Assembly: GCA_964016885.1 (NCBI GenBank)
Contig: OZ024741.1
Coordinates: forward strand, 386,570,001 to 386,634,000
DNA: 64,000 nt
Reading direction: 5' to 3'
Source: Eledone cirrhosa
Lineage: Eukaryota
How positions within the stretch are numbered: position 1 is the first letter of the stretch; every line of letters begins with the position of its first letter. Of this stretch, positions 55,777-64,000 are shown one piece after another. Under the pieces are notes generated by a model. That model had not been told where the DNA came from, ran no database searches, and saw only the letters and a list, made by a program, of their open reading frames with translations. The translations under genes and the position numbers were made by a program.

Positions 55777-55782
55777 GAATAC

Positions 55783-55814
<32 letters not shown>

Positions 55815-55867
55815 TATATATACATGAATACATAAATATATACATATATATATATATACATGAATAC

Positions 55868-55968
<101 letters not shown>

Positions 55969-56005
55969 ATATATATATATATTGTATATATATATATATA
56001 TATAT

Positions 56006-56045
<40 letters not shown>

Positions 56046-56410
56046 AAATATATATATATATATTGTGTGTGTGTATATATATTTATATATATATAAAATC
56101 TTAATTCCTCTAAAAGCTAAGCACTTCAGACAAATAATAAAATTCAACTATATTATATTACAGTTGTAAAACTAAAGAATTCTGTTCAAATCACGTTCTA
56201 TAGGGAAAATAAGAAGATGCACTTAATGTATTTTTTATATATACAGTATATATACACGCAAATGAATATATATAATACCCAATGAAATGAAATTAGTTTA
56301 TACAAAATAAATTATTTTTTGTTTTTAAATATAAGTGGGTTTTCAGAAACATTCTTCATTATCTAATTAGTATATATATATTTTTTAGATAATATTTTTT
56401 ATTAACCATG

Positions 56411-56499
<89 letters not shown>

Positions 56500-56662
56500 T
56501 ATATACATATATATACATATATACATATATATACATATATACATATATACATATGTATATATATATATACATATATATACATATATACATATATACATAT
56601 ATATATATATATACATATATACATATATACATATGTATATATATATATACATATATACATAT

Positions 56663-56695
<33 letters not shown>

Positions 56696-56698
56696 TAT

Positions 56699-56753
<55 letters not shown>

Positions 56754-56771
56754 TACATATATATACATATA

Positions 56772-56848
<77 letters not shown>

Positions 56849-56850
<2 letters not shown>

Positions 56851-57432
56851 GGTGGCTACCAACTCGTTTTCGAGTACGGCCACTACTTTATATCCATGTA
56901 GGAGAACCCCTACCGATGCGCTGAACGAGTGTGACTTTTTAGCCCAGCCAGCGACTTGAAAACTCTGGTACAAACACTACACTTGTGACAATTATTGACA
57001 CATAGTGTTGGGCCCATGGTAGGACAATTATTGACACATAGTGCTGGGCGCATGTGAGGACAAGTGCAGAGAGATCTCCAGATATAAAGCAATGCCTGTG
57101 CCGTGAAGCTTTTATAGTGAGCAAAGGCACTGCACCAAGCCAGTCCCACTCTCTTAACCAAGATGATATTTACCAAAAAGAAGAACAAGTCAACATCATT
57201 GGAAACCATCAGGGATGCAGGTGTTATATCAGAGTTTTCCTTCTCCTAGAATTCTGCCTTGACATAGGCTAAGGGGTCATCTCTCCCAGTAATTTTGGAT
57301 GGCCATTGACTCTTAAGAGTTCCTTTGCCCTTTGACAGGTTTTGTTGTTAGTCCTGCAGGATGTCCAAAGTCACCCTCCTCACCAAGAAACCTTGGTGGG
57401 GTTGCCAGTTTAGTCGCCAACGACCCGACCAT
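56849..57432 (-). mobile_element. Family R bipartite RTE-derived element
   Basis: Reverse complement matches 20007-20500 and 35465-35875; encodes [26 protein letters not shown]. Confidence 0.85.
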
Positions 57433-57506
57433 ATATATACATACATATATACATACATATATATATATATGTATATATATATGTTTATACAGTATGTGTG
57501 TGTATA

Positions 57507-57752
57507 CGAAGGTAAGTAAAAAATTATTCGCACCTTCGACATAACATATCTTTAGGTTCGCCACACTGCCTTTTGCTCATGCATAATTATAGTTGCTACT
57601 ATTGTGGTCACATGATCGAAGATGGATTTTGATTGAGTCAGTTTTCTTGCGCTGTTACTGTGTAAACATGGCCGCTCTGCTAGCAGTGTGCACCAAGGAG
57701 AAACAAAGAGTAGTGATCCGATTTCTCTGGTCAGGAGGTGTGTCAGGGGCTG
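57507..57752 (+). mobile_element. Mariner-type DNA transposon 5' remnant
   Basis: TA followed by CGAAGGTAAGTAAAAAATTATTCGCAC (TIR-like); N-terminus MAALLAVCTKEKQRVVIRFLWSGGVSGA from 57668. Confidence 0.7.
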
Positions 57753-57904
57753 TGTTCAGACCTGAAGAGAGATGGACACGCGCTGTATGCAACGAAGGTA
57801 ACCCTACGACTCCACAAACAGTTAAAGACATATGATATGACATAATATGTATTTGAGTTTATTAGTTAGAATATTTTTTTGAATTACTTTACTCCATCCA
57901 CACC

Positions 57905-58190
57905 GTGGAGGCACATGGCCTAATGTTTAGGATGCTTGACGTACTATCATAATGTCGTCGGTTCGTTTCCTGGACCAGGTTATGTGTTGTGTTCTTGAGC
58001 AAAACACTTCATTTCACGTTGTTCCAGTACACTCAACTGAGAGTGAGTACTAGCAGTAACTGGGGATTTAACCCTGCGATCGAATGGCGACATATCCAGG
58101 GAGAATCTTGTACTTTCAGTCGCTTAACGCCAAGGAAACCGAGCATAAGTACTGGCCTGATGAGTCTACAGCTTACAACGGACTTTAACT
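57905..58190 (+). mobile_element. Family B SINE (tRNA head plus CORE-like box)
   Basis: TGGCCTAATGTTTAG...GGTTCGTTTCC...GTGTTCTTGAGCAAAACACTT. Confidence 0.7.
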
Positions 58191-58389
58191 AACTCTCCAT
58201 GCTGTTAACATTCGTAATCGTCATTATATTTCTTTTTAAGAGGATTCTCAAACAGGAGGAACTAAACTCACAGACAAGGAATTTTAAATCCCAGGGAGAA
58301 AAGGAAATTTTAACCAAGAGAGGAATTGGAATATTAGCTAAGAGACAAATCCAAACTGGGAAAGAATAGTGTACAATAGTTTAACCTTC

Positions 58390-58860
58390 TTCTCTTTCGA
58401 GGGAGGCAAATCTCTAATTTGGGACGCGACTCATTCTCCGCCTCTAGCCATGTCACTTCAGTCACAAACCCTGACTCCGACTCCCACAATGCAGAGGAGA
58501 GGAATATAGCTAAATACCCGGGCTTTGCTGACCGATTCCTCTTTGTACCAGTCTCTGTCGAAACCTCTGGTTTCCTTGATCCCCGCTCTGAGGATTTCCT
58601 CCGTAAAATAAGAAAGACAGCTGTCCGCTTAGGTAAGGAGCCCTGTGGGATGGAGTGGTTGTTGCAGCGTGTGTCTCTTGCCATTCTCCGCGGTAGTGCC
58701 TTTGACATTTTATCTGCGGGGCGCAGCTGAAACACCGCTCAGATTGGGATACTGCATACCTCCTCCTTCCTTTCTTGCATTGCTTAATTCTTTTTTATTT
58801 TTTTTTTATTTTGTTCCCTTTAATAGTATATTTTCTTTTTGTATAAACAGCTTTGTAAAA
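58390..58860 (+). mobile_element. 3' end of a CRE-like (restriction-like endonuclease) non-LTR retrotransposon
   Basis: WDAT; AEERNIAKY..FLFVPVSVETSG...LLQRVSLAILRGSA. Confidence 0.75.
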
Positions 58861-59120
58861 TAGTATAACTTACATCTATAAGAACGAGCACGAATTAACA
58901 CTCCATAAATAAATACATACATGCTGCTTCAGACTATATCTCGTTTGGGACTATGATGTAATTATTGTGATGTGAAAGTTTACTCATGTTAATATGGTGC
59001 TCGGATGAAAAATTACTAGATGTATATTCAAAATGGAGTGGGGGAATGAGGAAACCTGAGATTGCAAGAGGGAAGAATGTGACTTAGGTCTCTGAGAATC
59101 ACTCCCACCCCCTCTCTCTC

Positions 59121-60040
59121 TCATATATATATATATATAACTGAGGATGTCTGTGTGTGTGTGAGTTTGAATCCCTAAAAATCGAGAAACACCCAAGCGA
59201 CTGTTTTCAAACTTTACACATCTAATACTTATGTTTCAGGGAGTGTTCTGAGCAAAAACAATTTCAAATGTTCAATGCCCTAGGGACCGCATTAGGCGAT
59301 TTAGCGATCTCTCTCTATATAATTCTTAGTCTTTCTCTTTTTAGATAGATACATACATATAACGTAGCGCCCTTATAATATCTGTCTGTATGTCTGGCTG
59401 TCTGCATTACGTCACTTCCCTGAGGATGTGTGTGTGTGTGTATGTGTGTGTGTGTGAGTTTGAATCCCTAAAACTCGAGAAATACCCCCATCGACTTTTT
59501 TCAAACTTTACATTTGTATTACTTATGTTTCAGGGAGTGTTATGCACATAAAAAATTCAACTTTTGATGCCCTAGGGCCCGCATTACCTGAAAAACTGCG
59601 ATGTTTCAGGGTTTTAGGGGTTTTTTGAGGCGTTACGTCAGACCGATTTCCTTGAAATTGTAACTATGTATTAGTCAGTCTCTTCTTCATACCACGAACA
59701 AAGAAAATCCAACTTTTTTATGGTCTAGGGCCCGCATTAGGTGAAAAACTTCATTTTTTCAGCTTTTTAGGGCTTATTGAGGCGTTATGTCTAGCCGATT
59801 TTCCCGAAATTTCAAGGCATATTATGCACATAAAAAAAATTCATTTTCATGATCCCCTAGGTGAAAACCTGCATTTTTCCTGCTTCGTCGAGTAAAATCT
59901 TAAAGATTATCCTGCCATCAGAGTATTCGGTTTATTTTCTTTACATATTGTCCAGGCATGCAGTTTTTCCACAATTAGGTCTGTTGGCGGCCAGCGTTCC
60001 AAAATACCTTATCCCGTGCAACGCCGGGTACCAGTGCTAG
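59121..60040 (+). mobile_element. Non-autonomous Helitron-like element
   Basis: 5' TC-(TA)n, internal ACCGATTT..GAAATT motifs, internal duplication 59141-59295/59420-59586, 3' hairpin CCCGTGCAACGCCGGG then CTAG|T. Confidence 0.75.
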
Positions 60041-60057
60041 TATGTATATATATGAAC

Positions 60058-60225
60058 AGATTCAGGACCCCCCCCCCCCCCCTCTGGCCCCGACGGCTGA
60101 GCTCCGGCCGTTCGACTGCTAGATCTAGCTGTCGAGGTCCTGAATCTTTTCATATTACCCACTCTACTACCCCAAGTATCGAGTACTCTGGAGGGTTATG
60201 GTCCACCTGGTATTTTACCCACAGC
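60058..60225. mobile_element. Family F2 fold-back element, diverged
   Basis: AGATTCAGGACC...GGTCCTGAATCT inverted ends; body TATTACCCACTCTACTACCCC...GTTATGGTCCACCTGG. Confidence 0.7.
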
Positions 60226-60248
60226 CTATCTGATCTATATATATACAC

Positions 60249-60279
<31 letters not shown>

Positions 60280-60690
60280 AATGAGTGAATGTGTGTGTGT
60301 GTGTATATCTTTCTCTCTCTCTCTCTATTTCTATACTCATCCCGCTTAGCCTTGCCAACTGAACTGAATGTACTTTGATAAAATCGAAACCTATCAGCTA
60401 CTTTCATCGGTTGCTTTTAAAGACCAGATCCTTTTAAATCTACATTATGTATGTTGTCCAGTGTCTCCATTAATTGATTTTTTTTTTAGTTATTTTCTCT
60501 TTTTGATAGATTTTTAAAACATCCTCTAGTGGGGTTCTGGTTAAGCTCAGTGGGTCAACGTTTTTTTTCTTCTCCTCGTAGTTGTTAATCTGAAACACTA
60601 CTGTATTTCTGTTTTGCACACATATCAATACTTATCTTTTCCCTAGGAACATATCAATGATATTTTTCTATGTACCGGCACTCTCTCTCG

Positions 60691-60761
<71 letters not shown>

Positions 60762-60774
60762 ACACACTCACACA

Positions 60775-60829
<55 letters not shown>

Positions 60830-61589
60830 GCACACACACACGCACGCACACACACACACACGCGCACACGCACACACACACACACACACACAATGTCTGA
60901 TAGCTAACCATAGCCCTCTCTTCTCTCAGTTATGCCATCGAACCTGCAAAGTAGGGACTTGCGGCGTTCTTGATCCCCGGAAAACTTTCTTACTCATCCC
61001 TATCGGACCCGAGGTTGGCCGCTCGCAGAAGTGTGCCACGCAAGTTGGAATGGCTATTTCAACATGTCTTTCGCCATCCTCCGGGGTCACGGCTTTCTCC
61101 ATTCTCTCCACCAGGACTACAAGGAGGGTTGTGCCTGGGTTTCTGCATGTTAAGGAACGTTCCCCCACACAGTCCAGGTTCGTATCGTTAGGGTAGCGAT
61201 GTTGGAGTACTCATTATATCTCCATTATACGGCTTCTCTCTTCTAGACACATACATACACACACTCATGAAACATCAGACTGACATCCAAACCAGCTTAA
61301 AACTCGTACAACCCTCTAATTCTAATTCAAAATTTCGATATATCTCAGCCATCATTATACACTCACTCTCTTTCTGTATTGCTCCATCACGCAGTCTTCC
61401 CCCACCATTCTAGTGACCATACGTCTACGTCAACATTAATCAGCCCCTCTTACCCACTATTCTCACTATTGATAAAGCTGCCTTGATACAATGCACTCCA
61501 TCCCTCAACCAACATACTTCTTCGGTGCCTACTCTTGATCATACTTGCCTAGGAACATGATGTTCTCTCTAGTATGCTAAGTTTAAAGT

Positions 61590-61800
61590 CTGCCTCGAGT
61601 CTGGAGACTCATCAGACAACAGGTGCCTATCTCGGTTTTCGTCACATGAAGCGACTGAGAGTACATGCCCCCCACCCACTGATCAGGACGCCAATTAATC
61701 GCAGGATTAAACTCCCAGCTATTGCTGGTACTATTTTTCAGCTGAGTATACTGAAGCAACGTGAAATGAAGTGTTTTGCTCAAGAACATTTCTTGAGCAA
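61590..61800 (-). mobile_element. Family B SINE, partial
   Basis: Homologous to 3820-3975 and to the reverse complement of 57990-58170. Confidence 0.6.
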
Positions 61801-62297
61801 AACACTTCTCTAGGATTGGTTCCATTATAAAAGACATCCGGAACATACTGTGGACTGGCTAGCGGTAGAGAGAACTCTTCATTCACGTTAAGGACATGAC
61901 AGTATCTGACGCTATATAAAATACACCCAGTACATTCTGCAAACTGGTTGGCGTTAGGAAAGGGCATCCAGCATTAGAGTCCAGGCCAAAAGGGGTACTA
62001 ATTTGATTTGCGACTAGTAAAATGATATATTCTTTCATTGGTTTATTGGTTTGTCATTAAACTGCAGACATGCGAGGGCACCCCTTGATTTCAGTCAATC
62101 ATACCGACATTAGTACTTATTCTACCGCACTCTTTTGTGTCGAATCGCTAAGTTACGGAATATAAACGCAAACTCAGAGACAAACGTAAACACATACGTA
62201 AACGCAGGCGCGTTCACTAACACACACCACACACTCACACGTATACATATGTGTGTATGTACATATACGTGTGTGTATATGTACATATGTGTATATA

Positions 62298-62355
<58 letters not shown>

Positions 62356-62513
62356 GTGAGTGTGTGTATGTATACACACACTCACTACACACCATCACCG
62401 TGTTTAACGAAGCCAACAACTATTACCATTCTGCCACACAGTGGAAGTTTTCTATAAGAATATATTGCCTTCCTTCATTCATACATATATACATATATAT
62501 ATATATACACATA

Positions 62514-62581
<68 letters not shown>

Positions 62582-63377
62582 CACACACACACACTGACAC
62601 ATACATCTCTCTCTCTATATATATATATTAACGTAATGTGTATACTGAAGAAGCTATGTTTATATTGAAGCTGTGTATATTTAGACTTTACGTGTCTGTA
62701 GAAGCTACGTGTAGATTGGTTAGGAGTGTGTATTAAAGAAGCATTTATTGAATCAGAGTGTTAGTTGTTTCAGACTGTATATATATATATATACCAGATC
62801 AGCGTGTGTGTATATATACAAAAGCAGCGTCTGTGTATATATACCAAAGCAGCTTGTGTATTTACCTTTCGCTACCATATTTTTTATGAAATACACTCTC
62901 TATACGTTTTTCAATTTATTTTTTAAATAATCAAGAACTTGAATGGATTTAGTATACAACTAGTATTCTCATCATTTATCTGATGTTTGGAAGATAACTT
63001 AACAAAGGTTCTTACATAATACTTTGAAATAAACAGTTTTGTATCATAGAATCAAGGGTGTGTGGAACATAACTTGACAAAAGTTCTTACATAAAATTAT
63101 GATGGAAGGTTTTTAGATAAATATAAACACTTTAATATAAAGAGTTTTGTATTGTTGAAACGTGGAGCTGTTTCTGGTGGTTTCGTAACAAAAGAGATAT
63201 GTAATGTGTATACATTTCTGAGAACGTAAGTATACCAAAGTGTAATAAAACTATATAAATGTCGTGTGTATATTTAAGAGCTGGTAGTATCATAGGTGGT
63301 GGTGAGACAAATATGGCGCTTTGAATTACAGAAATAGATCACTAGTTCCCTTCTCTCACTTTCGCTACATCTTAGTT

Positions 63378-63444
<67 letters not shown>

Positions 63445-63488
63445 TTGTTTAGCAAGATTCTTTATCTGAAAACGTGTGTTGAAACCGG

Positions 63489-63998
63489 TATTGTTATGCT
63501 TTGGGAGGGTCATGTTGCCAATAAGAAACACACGCACCAGTTGCTTTCACTCCAATTTATTATAAATTAAATTTATAAATTTAAGAATTTATAAATTTTC
63601 GGTTGGTTGGTTGGTTCCACAACCGGACGGTTGTTCATATATTGTCAAAGTTCTTTCGCCACACATTCTGTGACCTCTTCAGTGACTGGGGATTCTTTTC
63701 TTTGTTTTTGTGCCTCTCCTTTGTTCTGTCCTACGCCATACAAAAATCAAGATGGCGTAGGACAGAACAAAGGAGAGGCACAAAAACAAAGAAAAGAATC
63801 CCCAGTCACTGAAGAGGTCACAGAATGTGTGGCGAAAGAACTTTGACAATATATGAACAACCCTCCGGTTGTGGAACCAACCAACCGGAAATTTATAAAT
63901 TCTTAAATTTATAAATTTAATTTATAATAAATTGGAATGAAAGCAACTGGTGCGTGTGTTTCTTATTGGCAACATGACCCTCCCAAAGCATAACAATA
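63489..63998. repeat. About 250-bp near-perfect inverted repeat (12-nt spacer) with a hammerhead in each arm
   Basis: Arms 63489-63739/63752-63998. Confidence 0.93.
63805..63847 (+). ncRNA. Minimal type I hammerhead motif (mirror copy at 63644-63686, minus strand)
   Basis: GTCA-CTGAAGA-G-GTCACA/gaatg/TGTGGC-GAAA-GAAC-TT-TGAC. Confidence 0.75.
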
Positions 63999-64000
63999 TA

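Noticed and set aside
60900-61196. GC-richer island with short ORFs on both strands
   Set aside because: No recognisable domain; probably a transposon fragment, but it cannot be assigned without a search

Overview
Eukaryotic, repeat-saturated animal genomic DNA, most likely a cephalopod (octopus-like SINE families and extreme microsatellite density; this is an inference). The only recognisable host gene is the first coding exon of an UNC-93-like MFS membrane protein (9213-10347, +). The rest consists of microsatellites, minisatellites, tRNA-derived SINEs, decayed LINEs (RTE, Tx1/L1, R4/Dong, CRE), Penelope-like elements (PLEs), a Helitron-like element, and Mariner and Gypsy remnants. The most striking unannotated signal is a set of type I minimal hammerhead ribozyme (HHR) motifs, found by manual inspection. 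They include: a 591-bp non-coding tandem array with one HHR per unit whose core carries a compensatory U3-A8 pair (retrozyme-like); a covarying HHR pair at 2230/2539; an HHR in a PLE 3' end; an HHR in both arms of a 250-bp fold-back; and several short fold-back elements built from HHR halves. All ribozyme calls are by-eye motif and pairing matches, not computed folds or activity data. Almost all ORFs in the track are low-complexity artefacts.
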